From Acidobacteriota bacterium (GTDB lineage Bacteria; Acidobacteriota; UBA6911; RPQK01; JAJDTT01): a stretch of 64,000 nt of DNA. Position 1 is the first letter of the stretch; each line of letters starts with the position of its first letter. The notes below the pieces were generated by a model that saw only the letters and a program-made list of their open reading frames with translations, searched no databases and had not been told where the DNA came from. Location: assembly GCA_965209055.1 (NCBI GenBank), contig OZ242374.1, forward strand, positions 2,144,001 through 2,208,000. Direction: 5' to 3'. Positions 10,017 to 19,179 of the stretch are shown here, in pieces. The position numbers and the translations under genes were made by a program.

Positions 10017-10349
10017 ATGGGTGAACCACTCGTCGTTGGGATCCGGGAGTTCAAGGCACGGTTGGGGACTTATCTCCGCTGGGTACGCGAAGGGCGCATC
10101 CTGACCATCACCGATCGGGGCCGGCCGGTGGCGGAAGTGACGCCGATCGAGTTTGACGGTGGTTCTGTGGAAGCACGTCTGGCTCGTTTACGGAGGCAGG
10201 GCCTGGTGACGGGCCAAGCGAAACCGATGCCGCCGATCCCCAAGCCGATCATGGGAAGAGGCCGGAGCTTCTCTGAGGCTGTCAGCGAAGATCGGGAGGA
10301 TCGAGTCCTCAGCGCATCAGGTAGTCCCAGCGGGCAGCGGCTCCCTTGA
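10017..10349 (+). CDS. Orphan Phd/YefM antitoxin, 3' end running into the convergent gene
   Basis: VGIREFKARLGTYLRWVREGRILTITDRGRPVAEV; no toxin downstream. Confidence 0.85.
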   Translation: MGEPLVVGIREFKARLGTYLRWVREGRILTITDRGRPVAEVTPIEFDGGSVEARLARLRRQGLVTGQAKPMPPIPKPIMGRGRSFSEAVSEDREDRVLSASGSPSGQRLP

Positions 10350-12333
10350 CGACAAGGGGAACGTCCTGCGACAGCAGGTATCCCTGATCCATGAGCTGGA
10401 GGGCAACTTCGGTGACCCGGCCCAGGTACTCCTCCCGGCTATCGTACCTCTCCCGGATGGAGAGCCGGGGGTCACCCGCTTCGAGACGCTCCTCCTTGCT
10501 CCGGGCGAAGGGAATGTAGGAGCCGCGGAAGCTGCAGATTTCCGTCGGCGGACCCTGGCCGGGGCCGAAGAGGTTCCATCCCGCATACGTGGCCAGGGGG
10601 ACCGCCACTTCCGGAAGGCGGATCCCCGCCAGCTCGTTCCCGTCGGCGTCGACCTTGGGCACCAGAATCGGAAAGGGAGCGCCGACTCGCGGCGGCTGGA
10701 AGCTCACAATGCCCTCCGAACGAAACCGGGGGCCGTAATCCACCCGGTAGGCACGGTGGATTCTGGTGGGCACCCGGATGCCCGGCAACCGGGGAAACTC
10801 GAACTCGGGAAACGGGACCAGAGTGGCCTCGTCCAAGCGGGGATACCGGCTCGGCGGCGGAGTCGCTCCGTCGGCCACCCACCGATCCAGGGCCAGGAGC
10901 AGGGCGCGCATCGCCCAGCGGAAATCCAGCGGATTGTCCAGTTGCTGCCCCCTGGATCGGGAAGGAGGGAAGGGTCCCACGCCATGCTGGCTGCCCGTAA
11001 AATGGTAGTGGCGAACCTGGTCCATGAACTCCACGTCCCGGGTTCCGTCCACGGTGGTGTGAATCAGGGAAGAGGCGCGGCCCCAATATTCGTAGGAGGA
11101 GTTGGTGTAGAAGATCTTGGGGCAAAGCTCGGGCCGGGCGAAGTGGATGAGCAGTCCGTCGGTCTTCCCCGTCACCGGGTCGGTCTGGGCCCTGCCGGTG
11201 AAGGGGAAGATGTCGGTGGGATAGAAGAAGTTGGAGAAGGGCTGGGCGTCCCGCGACGGCTGTGCGAACCGGTGGTTGAAGCTGCCCCGACCGGCCCCCG
11301 CCACGTGCGGTATGAGTCCGTCGAAGACCCGCCGGTTCTGCTCGTCCGCGTTGAAACCCTGGTAGAGGAAGGTCCGCAGGAAGCGTCCGCTCTGCGAACT
11401 CCCGTACCCCAGGGCGCGGTTCAGGGCGGTCCGTGGAATGGACAGGTCCGGATCGCCTTCGTACTTGAGGTGGGAGATCATGTCTCGCACGGCCGTCGGG
11501 CCCAGTCCCACCAGGGGAGGATCCTGGCCCCGGTAGATCACTTCGTAAATCCGGCCGGGCTCGAATCCCCCTTCCAGAACGACATGAGTCGGGTCGGGCA
11601 CCGCCTGTCCCCCCTCCATTCGGGCGAACCGCCAGCGGTTCCTGGGAACGGGCTGGCGCTCACCCTCGACCTCATCCCGGACCGTCATGGAGTTCTCGGG
11701 GGCGTCGGGATCGGACACGGGGTACGGAATGTGGTTGCGGTCCGAGAGAATGTGGTGGTCGGCGCGGGTCTTGACCACGAAGTCGCATCGCACCAGGCCG
11801 GTGATGGGACGGTCCGGGTCCCGGGCGACGGCCGGGTAGACGCGAATGTTCCCCGACCGGTGGGGCGGGTCCAGTTGCCATCCCAGCCACAGCAGAGTGA
11901 AGCCCTGCCGCATGAGGAAGCCGTCTCCGAACTCCTCGCGGGTTTTGGGTGTCGGGCTGTACCGGGCCAGGTTGAAGTGTGCCACCAGGGCCTTCCCGCC
12001 CCGGTTGGAGACCTCGTAGAAAATGGCGCCGTTCCCTCGCTCCACCTGGACCGGTTTCAGCAGCGCCAGATCGGAGGAGAACTCAACCTCGCCCTGCTCG
12101 TTCCGGGGCGCCTTCCCGATGTCGGTGATGATCCGATTGGGTCCCACTTCGGGATCGACGGCGAAATGCACCCGTCCCGTGATTATTTCGTAGGGACCCA
12201 CGAGGGGATAGGGCTCGCCATCCAGGATCGGATTCCGTTCGTGGATCTCCACCCGGACGACGCGCGCCCACAGAGGGCTCAACGAAAAAAGTAGCGAAGA
12301 GATGACGATGAACAGGCGTGCCATGCCGGCCAT
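10309..12333 (-). CDS. Secreted alpha/beta-hydrolase domain protein (copy 1)
   Basis: YEVSNRG, GSSQSGRFLR nucleophile elbow, SSYEYW, PKVDADGNE..GIRLP. Confidence 0.85.
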   Translation of the reverse strand: MAGMARLFIVISSLLFSLSPLWARVVRVEIHERNPILDGEPYPLVGPYEIITGRVHFAVDPEVGPNRIITDIGKAPRNEQGEVEFSSDLALLKPVQVERGNGAIFYEVSNRGGKALVAHFNLARYSPTPKTREEFGDGFLMRQGFTLLWLGWQLDPPHRSGNIRVYPAVARDPDRPITGLVRCDFVVKTRADHHILSDRNHIPYPVSDPDAPENSMTVRDEVEGERQPVPRNRWRFARMEGGQAVPDPTHVVLEGGFEPGRIYEVIYRGQDPPLVGLGPTAVRDMISHLKYEGDPDLSIPRTALNRALGYGSSQSGRFLRTFLYQGFNADEQNRRVFDGLIPHVAGAGRGSFNHRFAQPSRDAQPFSNFFYPTDIFPFTGRAQTDPVTGKTDGLLIHFARPELCPKIFYTNSSYEYWGRASSLIHTTVDGTRDVEFMDQVRHYHFTGSQHGVGPFPPSRSRGQQLDNPLDFRWAMRALLLALDRWVADGATPPPSRYPRLDEATLVPFPEFEFPRLPGIRVPTRIHRAYRVDYGPRFRSEGIVSFQPPRVGAPFPILVPKVDADGNELAGIRLPEVAVPLATYAGWNLFGPGQGPPTEICSFRGSYIPFARSKEERLEAGDPRLSIRERYDSREEYLGRVTEVALQLMDQGYLLSQDVPLVVKGAAARWDYLMR

Positions 12334-12581
12334 TAGAGTCGGAGCGGGAGATGGGAGTCAAGAAGCCGGGAGGGTGACCTGACTTGATGGTCCGGCTGGA
12401 CGGGGTCCCTCGTTACCGGCGCCAGTATCGATCGCTCAGTTCCGTCTTTGCGGGACGCTGAGCGATTGCGCCGGGACCCGGCGCGACGAGCAGCCGAAAA
12501 TTCTCTTGCCGTACTCGTTCCGCGTCCTGGTGGCCACGGGTCTGCTTGGTCAGTCAAGCGTGCCCATGGCGGAAAAAGACG

Positions 12582-13007
12582 TCAGCCGAGCACAGTTTCG
12601 GCCACATCCTCTGCCTTGTTCACCAACATGATCGCAAGGACTATGACAATGACAACAGCAATCAAGAGCACCAGGATCATTCCCATGCCGCCGGCTCTGA
12701 ACTGCTCGTTCACCTGCCTGCTTTGCCGGGCCAGCTCCGCCAAAGTCTCGTTGTCCAGCGTGGGGACTGCAACCGCGACTTTCTCCAGGTCGAAAAGGTG
12801 CCCCACGTGATCTTGAACCCCCTGGTCACGGAGCAGCGTCTGGACTTCGCGAATGTTGCCGGCGCGTTCGGCCGTTAGTGCCGCGACCTGGTCCCGCAAC
12901 TCCTCGATCGATACCAGGTGAACCGTTTTCTGTGCCGGGAGGGGACCGGCCTGCAAGCTGGTATGTGAGACCAAGAGGACCGAAAGGAACAAGGATATGG
13001 CTTTCAC
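12582..13007 (-). CDS. Exported/membrane protein (PA2779-like)
   Basis: Signal peptide, LDNETLAELA..AGG followed by a hydrophobic C-terminal helix; GAGGAGG SD. Confidence 0.6.
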   Translation of the reverse strand: MKAISLFLSVLLVSHTSLQAGPLPAQKTVHLVSIEELRDQVAALTAERAGNIREVQTLLRDQGVQDHVGHLFDLEKVAVAVPTLDNETLAELARQSRQVNEQFRAGGMGMILVLLIAVVIVIVLAIMLVNKAEDVAETVLG

Positions 13008-13228
13008 TGTCTACCTCCTCTGCATCTGAATCGCTGGCAGTATAACGCCACGGAAGTGAAACATCGTGCGCGGGTTGAGATCGAGGGCCGGGATAGGCCT
13101 CGAGATCCGGATCCAGTGATCCCAACCGGCCGATTTTTTCGCCCGGGTCCTCGTGTCCGGATGGGCTGATTGACACTCTCGGTTCAGATGAGCTATGCAT
13201 TCTTCACGTTCCCCCATTGAGAGCCGAA

Positions 13229-13600
13229 ATGAACTGGAAGCATGTCAGCATCAAGGCCTTGGTTGTCATTGGCGCGATCATGGTCTGCGGATCTGTGGCG
13301 GGCATGGTGTTGGCAAACTATATGATCCACCTTTTCGGCACGAAGCTCATTTATTCGCAGGGACTCGGCGTTGCTATGTGGGGCACGATTTGGGGGGTGA
13401 TCTGGCTCGTGGATACCCATCACCTCTCCATGTCCCGAAAGGCGCTGTCTGCAGCCGATCCCGCGACTGCGAAAAAACATCTGGGACGAATCCGAATCCT
13501 GCGTAGCAAGGAGGAGTCGATCAGGCGGGAGCATGGCTTGATACGTCCCTATTCCGACCCGGGCCGGCCCCTGGGCCTGGACTCTCGCAAGGGGGAATAA
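13229..13600 (+). CDS. Hypothetical membrane protein
   Basis: Two hydrophobic helices. Confidence 0.5.
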   Translation: MNWKHVSIKALVVIGAIMVCGSVAGMVLANYMIHLFGTKLIYSQGLGVAMWGTIWGVIWLVDTHHLSMSRKALSAADPATAKKHLGRIRILRSKEESIRREHGLIRPYSDPGRPLGLDSRKGE

Positions 13601-13683
13601 TGGGAGGCGGTCGCATGCAAGAATCTTGGCGCCCCTCTGAGAGAAGGTGGAATCGGCAACGCGATCAAGAGCATCGAGGTGTG

Positions 13684-14298
13684 ATGGCAGACGTGTCCCG
13701 TGGCTTGGTGCTCCTGCTGTTGTTCGGCGCGGCGAGTGCCTGGGTTCACACTCAGGATCGCTGGAGCGTCGCGGAAGAGGAGATCGTGCGCCTGGCTCCC
13801 GCGGCATTCGAAAAGGTTCCGGCGGCGATCCGGAAGGGACTTTCCGACCTGGGTTGCTCGATCCCTCAGGCCTGGGACAACGCATCAGGCAAGAACGATC
13901 ACGGCTGCTCGATCCCTCCACCCCGAGGCAGCGACCAGCCGCACAACGTCGTCTCAGGCGAATTCATGGAAGCCGGCCAGACGCTGTGGGCCGCGCTCTG
14001 CTCTCGCAATCGAACATCAGCCATCATTGTGATCGATGAAAACGGGCGAGTTCGGGCCGAACTCGCATCGGCCCCGGACCGGAGTTATCTGCAAGGTATC
14101 GGGTGCGGAAAGATCGCCTATTCGCGCTGGTTGAGCCCGGCCGGGGCTGATTTCATCCTGTCCGTCTACCATGCCTACGGAGGACGGAAGCCACCGCCGA
14201 TCGATCATCAAGGTATCGACAATGCCTTTCTCGAAAAGGCCTCCACGGTGCACTACTTCCACGAAGGAAAGTGGCTGCGGTTGGCTGGTGCGGACTGA
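13684..14298 (+). CDS. Exported hypothetical protein
   Basis: Signal peptide MADVSRGLVLLLL; GAGG upstream; start uncertain (ORF open from 13600). Confidence 0.6.
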   Translation: MADVSRGLVLLLLFGAASAWVHTQDRWSVAEEEIVRLAPAAFEKVPAAIRKGLSDLGCSIPQAWDNASGKNDHGCSIPPPRGSDQPHNVVSGEFMEAGQTLWAALCSRNRTSAIIVIDENGRVRAELASAPDRSYLQGIGCGKIAYSRWLSPAGADFILSVYHAYGGRKPPPIDHQGIDNAFLEKASTVHYFHEGKWLRLAGAD

Positions 14299-14532
14299 GT
14301 CGCCGAGACATCCCCTTTCCGGTCCCTTCGATCTGGCCGGGCCTTCCATTTGAAATCACGACACGCCGGGACGAACCTTGGACATCGCGTGCCGGCGATT
14401 CTCTTCCGGATTTCGCACGGGAGAAGGACAGCCACGTTTTCGGTCCCTCTTGCGCTGTTATACAGATTCTCAACTGCGGGCTAGATTCGATTTTTGTTCC
14501 GGAATCGAAATTTTTTTGGACATTGCTTAGTG

Positions 14533-14567
14533 GTACGACCGGATCTGGCGTATCTGCTTGCTAGACT
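14533..14567 (+). promoter_or_regulatory. DriD-type WYL-regulator box plus extended -10
   Basis: GTACGAC-N7-GGCGTAT (14533-14553) resembles the DriD consensus ATACGAC-N7-GTCGTAT as recalled from the literature; TGcTAGACT at 14559-14567; GGAGG SD before ATG 14598. Confidence 0.65.
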
Positions 14568-14597
14568 CCCTCGACTCGTCGTTGGCGGAGGCAAGCG

Positions 14598-16688
14598 ATG
14601 CAGAACATCTATGAACGGCGGCTGATCCTGTCATACCTCTCGAACCTGGTTTCGCGCTGTCATCACAGTTCCCGTGCGGCCCGCAAACTGGCCGATTGCG
14701 TCGCCGAGTGGGGTGACCTGCTGGTGATCGTGGATTGCTCCGGCAGACGGACTGCAGAAAGACTCTGCACCTGTTCCCACGGAAAACTGTCAGCAACACG
14801 TTGGCAGCAGATAAAGGACATCCTCAAGGGCCAGCAAGAGGTGACGAGACGTGTACGCGGCGACCGGACGGCGGTCCGGCTCCGGCGCCTCGGGCGCGAA
14901 ATGCAGCTTTCTCGAACGGATATCGCGATTCTCGAATTTCTGCTGCGCTACGAATCGAAACCGCCCTTCGAGTCCTTCATCGACGACATTGGCCTTGCAT
15001 ACTACCGAACGTGGCGGAGTGCCTTTTCGATCGGTTGCCGTCCACTGATGGATTTTCTCGGTTTGTCGTCCGGCTCGTGTCGGGCCCGTTTTGCTACGGA
15101 CGCACCGCTCGTGAAGTCGGGCCTTTTGTCCATCACCTCCGATGGGACAATTCAACCCATCGCCCGATTGCATCGGCTCGTTTATACGCCTGGGAACGCC
15201 AGGATCGATGCGCGGAGGCTACTGTTTGACGTGGGTCCTCCGAGCGAACTTGAGTGGTCGGATTTCGAACATGTCGCTGAAAGCCGAGACCACGCCGAAC
15301 GCTTGATCAAGGGTGCGCTTCAGGCTCGCGAACCGGGCGTCAACATCTTGATCTACGGTTCGCCGGGGACCGGCAAGACCCAGTTCTGTAGAACCCTGGC
15401 CCGTCGGCTGAACGTGAAGCTCTACAGCATAGGCGAAATGGACGAGGGTGGGGACGAGCCCACTCGTGTCGAAAGGCTTCAGGAACTGCGGCTGGCGCAA
15501 CGCCTGCTGTCAAGCGGCCAAGATTCGATTCTGTTGTTCGACGAAATGGAAGATCTACTTTCCAATCCGGTTTCCAGGAGCGCGACGTTCATTATGAAGA
15601 TCAATCGGCGTCCGACTCGGCGCAATTGGCGTCAGGCATATGGTTCGAAGGTATTCATGAACCGGTTGCTGGAGCAGAATGCGGTGCCTACATTGTGGAC
15701 CTCCAACTCCGCCCGGCAGACCTGTCCCACTCTGCTCCGTCGTATGATGTTCGCCTTGGAAATGCGCCAACCCTCGCCTCGGGTCCGGGCCCGGATCTGG
15801 GCTCGTCAGCTCGCCAACCACGGTATCGAAGCGAGTCGCGAGGAGGCGAACTCTCTGGCCAGGGAGTACGACGTGCCGCCGGGTGTGGCAGCCGGAGTCA
15901 CCGCCGCCGCCCGACTTGTTGATGGAGGCGATATCGCGACGGTCCACTGCGGAGTGCGCAGCCTGTCGCGGCTGCTGGTGGGCGAAACCCCTCCTCAACA
16001 GGTACCGCACGAGTTTGAGCCCGCCCTGATTAATGCGGATATCGATCCGGCAGTGCTTGCCGATCGCTTGGCCGAGCGCGGGGCGAGGCGGGTTTCTCTT
16101 TGTCTGAATGGACCGCCCGGCACCGGGAAGAGCGCGTATGTCCGCTACTTGGCCGAGCGGGTTGGATTGGAGGTCGTGCAAAAACGTGCGTCCGACCTGA
16201 TGTCCATGTGGGTGGGGGCCACCGAGAAGCAAATCGCCACCGCCTTCGCCGAGGCGCGCGACGCAAGACAATTTCTCGTATTCGATGAAGCCGACTCGCT
16301 GCTCGCCGACCGGAGGTTTGCTCAGCGCTCATGGGAGGTGAGTCAAGTCAACGAAATGCTGACCTGGATGGAAAGTCATCCCCTGCCGTTCGCCTGCACC
16401 ACCAACTTCAGCGAGCACCTTGACCCTGCGACCTTGCGACGTTTTGATTTCAAGATCGCGCTTGACTACCTGCGTCCCAGGCAGGCGATGGCGGCCTTCC
16501 GCACCTTCTTCGGCCTCGCGCCGCCGCCGGAAATCACAGGTCTCGCCAACCTCACGCCGGGCGATTTTTCCGGGGTTCGCCGGCAGGCTGAGATACTCGA
16601 TCAGTTGGAAGACCCGGAGGTCCTCTACGGCATGCTGCGCCAGGAGTGCGAAGCCAAACCAGATCGTCCGACGGCGGTTGGTTTCTGA
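14598..16688 (+). CDS. Double AAA+ ATPase (SpoVK/Ycf46/Vps4-like)
   Basis: Walker A GSPGTGKT and GPPGTGKS; Walker B LLFDE and LVFDEAD; SRH TTN..LDPATLRRFD. Confidence 0.9.
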   Translation: MQNIYERRLILSYLSNLVSRCHHSSRAARKLADCVAEWGDLLVIVDCSGRRTAERLCTCSHGKLSATRWQQIKDILKGQQEVTRRVRGDRTAVRLRRLGREMQLSRTDIAILEFLLRYESKPPFESFIDDIGLAYYRTWRSAFSIGCRPLMDFLGLSSGSCRARFATDAPLVKSGLLSITSDGTIQPIARLHRLVYTPGNARIDARRLLFDVGPPSELEWSDFEHVAESRDHAERLIKGALQAREPGVNILIYGSPGTGKTQFCRTLARRLNVKLYSIGEMDEGGDEPTRVERLQELRLAQRLLSSGQDSILLFDEMEDLLSNPVSRSATFIMKINRRPTRRNWRQAYGSKVFMNRLLEQNAVPTLWTSNSARQTCPTLLRRMMFALEMRQPSPRVRARIWARQLANHGIEASREEANSLAREYDVPPGVAAGVTAAARLVDGGDIATVHCGVRSLSRLLVGETPPQQVPHEFEPALINADIDPAVLADRLAERGARRVSLCLNGPPGTGKSAYVRYLAERVGLEVVQKRASDLMSMWVGATEKQIATAFAEARDARQFLVFDEADSLLADRRFAQRSWEVSQVNEMLTWMESHPLPFACTTNFSEHLDPATLRRFDFKIALDYLRPRQAMAAFRTFFGLAPPPEITGLANLTPGDFSGVRRQAEILDQLEDPEVLYGMLRQECEAKPDRPTAVGF

Positions 16689-16776
16689 AGCTCATGGGGT
16701 GCGAGCGACCTTCCCGGACGAGAGTCACGGGTCGGGCAAGGCCGAACGTCCGGGGATAGACAAAGGAATCGGCGGA

Positions 16777-17835
16777 ATGCGTTACCAACGGGTTATTGAC
16801 ATTGTGCGCTTGGCGATTCAGCTCCAGGGAACGTTGGGCGGATTGACGTTGAATGGTATTTCCGAAAGGTTCCGCGTCAGCCGCCGTACGGCGGAACGGA
16901 TGCGCAATGCAGTCGATGCAGCGTTTGGTCCGCTTCAGTTGGTGGACAGAGACGACAGGCGGCGCCACTGGCAGCTCCGATCCAGCGCCCTATGCCGGTT
17001 TATCCGAATTTCAGCGGAGGAGTTGGCGGAAATCGATTCCGCAGCTAAGTCTCTGGACCGGACGGGGCTCGTCGAACGGGCTGTCATGCTCCGGGAGCTG
17101 GCGGAAAAGCTCCGCGCCCTGCGGCGACCCCTCGCCGCAGAGGAGTTCGATGCCGACCTGGAGGTGCTTATGCGGGCTGAAGGACTCGCCATGCGCCCCG
17201 GCCCCAGACCTCACGTCGAGAAAGGGCTGCTTTCGTTGCTGCGCGATGCCATCAAGGCGAGACGCGCGGTGGAATTTGACTACTTCTCACAGTCGACGGA
17301 ACGGTGCAGTTTGCAGCGGGTCCAGCCCTACGGCGTCCTCTACGGAAACCGGGCGTTCCTGGTCGCATGGACGGATTGGGCAGACGACATGCGGCTTTGG
17401 CGGCTCGGGAACATCAGTAATGTCCGCGCGACCGGCGAAACCTTTGAGCGTGACCGGTCATTCGATTTGCGGCGCTACGCAGAGCGCTCGTTTGGCACCT
17501 TCCAAGAATCACCCGTCGAGGTGGTCTTGCGTTTCGACGCCGGGGTGGCCGGCGATGCAGCCGCATTCCTGTTTCATCCGAGCCAGTCCCTCACCAGGCA
17601 CCGTGATGGCTCGCTGACAGTGCGTTTCAAAGCCGGCGGCCTCGACGAGATGTGCTGGCATCTCTTCACTTGGGGCGACAGCGTCACGGTGGAAAACCCG
17701 GCCAGCTTGCGCCGCCGCCTGGCCCAGATGTGCGCTTCTCTCGCGGCTCACCATGATGCGCGGAGCGCCCTAAGAGACGCTCCGGCGACTGATCCGGACC
17801 TTCCCACAATTCCCAAATTTAGGAGAGAGCCATGA
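16777..17835 (+). CDS. HTH-WYL-WCX transcriptional regulator, DriD-like
   Basis: GLTL..VSRRTAERMR wHTH, GPRP, VQPYGVLYG..WRL, SFG, FHPSQ..DGS..AGG..WHLFTWGD match the DriD architecture. Confidence 0.9.
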   Translation: MRYQRVIDIVRLAIQLQGTLGGLTLNGISERFRVSRRTAERMRNAVDAAFGPLQLVDRDDRRRHWQLRSSALCRFIRISAEELAEIDSAAKSLDRTGLVERAVMLRELAEKLRALRRPLAAEEFDADLEVLMRAEGLAMRPGPRPHVEKGLLSLLRDAIKARRAVEFDYFSQSTERCSLQRVQPYGVLYGNRAFLVAWTDWADDMRLWRLGNISNVRATGETFERDRSFDLRRYAERSFGTFQESPVEVVLRFDAGVAGDAAAFLFHPSQSLTRHRDGSLTVRFKAGGLDEMCWHLFTWGDSVTVENPASLRRRLAQMCASLAAHHDARSALRDAPATDPDLPTIPKFRREP

Positions 17836-18905
17836 ATTCGAAGACTCCCAATCTTTTCCACTATGCCACCAAGGAACTCTCTCAGGACGCATTGATCTGC
17901 TGGTTGATCGAATGGGCTGGACAACCGCCAGGCACCAAGAAGGCGGACGAAGAAATGCGCCGTTGTGGACTCCGGTTCGTAAACGCCTTGCTTAATCATA
18001 GGAGAGACGAAGCAGATCCCATCGAGTTGAAGAGTGTGTCCAAGGTCGAAATCCTTCAGCAAGAGCGAGGCATCGACGTTCTTGCGCGTATCAATAAACG
18101 ACATGTGCTTTTGATTGAGGACAAGACCGACACGAAGGATCACAGCAACCAACTGTCGAGGTATTACCACGATGTAGTGGAGGGTCGCACCACGTTCGGC
18201 AAAGTGAAGGAGAGAGATCTCTATCCAGTCTATTTCAAGACAGGCAATCAGCCTCTCGCAGATGATCGCCGCATTGAGGAAATTGAAGACTGTACCTACA
18301 AAGTATTCAATCGAAAGGATTTTCTGACTGTCCTCAATGACTGCAAGGGTCGCAATCCGATTCTCTTGGATTTCCGGAAATATCTTCAGGAACTGGAGGA
18401 CGACACCAACGCCTACGCGGGATGGACCAGATCCCAGGGCGGTTCCCGGCTGCCCTGGGAAGGATTCTGTCGGTGCCTCGAATACGAATGGGACAGCTCC
18501 GGGCGCTGGATCTGGTGGGGCTATGTCTCAAATCGTTCAGGTGGGTTTCACTGTTTCTCATGGGCTCCGTCGGACGATACCGAGCAGTACCTTCAAATCG
18601 AGGCGCGCCTTGAGTCTGAAACGGTGGCCGAAGCCAGACTTTGCTTCAAGGTTGACGCTGGCGAAACACCCCGTGATCAGTGGCAAGACTTGAAATGGTC
18701 CTGGCACGAGCGGGTTGTAGAGGCAGGTAGAGGACGAGTGGTTAAGCCCCACCGAATGAGGGTTGGAAACACTATGACTGTTGGTTGGTGGAAAGAGAAT
18801 TGGATGGCCTTCGGCAAGGACAATAGGCTGGACTTGGCCGGCACCATCGAGAACCTGAAGCAAGCAGAGGAGGTATTGCAAGCCGCCATTTCATCGAACT
18901 CGTGA
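17832..18905 (+). CDS. PD-(D/E)XK nuclease (PDDEXK_4-like)
   Basis: NLFHYATKELSQDALICWL..IDVL..LLIEDK..NQLSRY; ATGA overlap with the WYL gene. Confidence 0.8.
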   Translation: MNSKTPNLFHYATKELSQDALICWLIEWAGQPPGTKKADEEMRRCGLRFVNALLNHRRDEADPIELKSVSKVEILQQERGIDVLARINKRHVLLIEDKTDTKDHSNQLSRYYHDVVEGRTTFGKVKERDLYPVYFKTGNQPLADDRRIEEIEDCTYKVFNRKDFLTVLNDCKGRNPILLDFRKYLQELEDDTNAYAGWTRSQGGSRLPWEGFCRCLEYEWDSSGRWIWWGYVSNRSGGFHCFSWAPSDDTEQYLQIEARLESETVAEARLCFKVDAGETPRDQWQDLKWSWHERVVEAGRGRVVKPHRMRVGNTMTVGWWKENWMAFGKDNRLDLAGTIENLKQAEEVLQAAISSNS

Positions 18906-18935
18906 GACTTCAGTTCGGACCGAATCATGGCGCCA

Positions 18936-19048
18936 GGAGCGGCGATTGCTAATTGCCGAACTCCAGAGTAACGCTGGGGCAAGAAGGGAATGGGCGATTG
19001 GAAATCGCCCTTCCAAATCGCCCTTCCAAATCGCCCTTCCAATTCGCC
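18936..19048. repeat. REP-like inverted doublet with triplicated 13-bp terminal arm
   Basis: GGAGCGGCGATTGCTAATTGCCG ... GGGCGATTGGAAATCGCCCTTCC; AAATCGCCCTTCC x3 at 19002-19040. Confidence 0.8.
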
Positions 19049-19179
19049 ACCATGGCTCTTGCCCCGAACCGGAGCCCTCCGGTAGCATTTTCCGTATCAA
19101 TACTTTTCGAGTCTCGGCAGTCACGTCCCCCGTCCGGTCCGGCCGCTGACCGGATTTTTCCATTGAGGAGTCGCCAGTC

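Noticed and set aside
16420-16776. 119-aa N-terminal extension of the WYL ORF
   Set aside because: Overlaps the ATPase; DriD homology begins at ATG 16777
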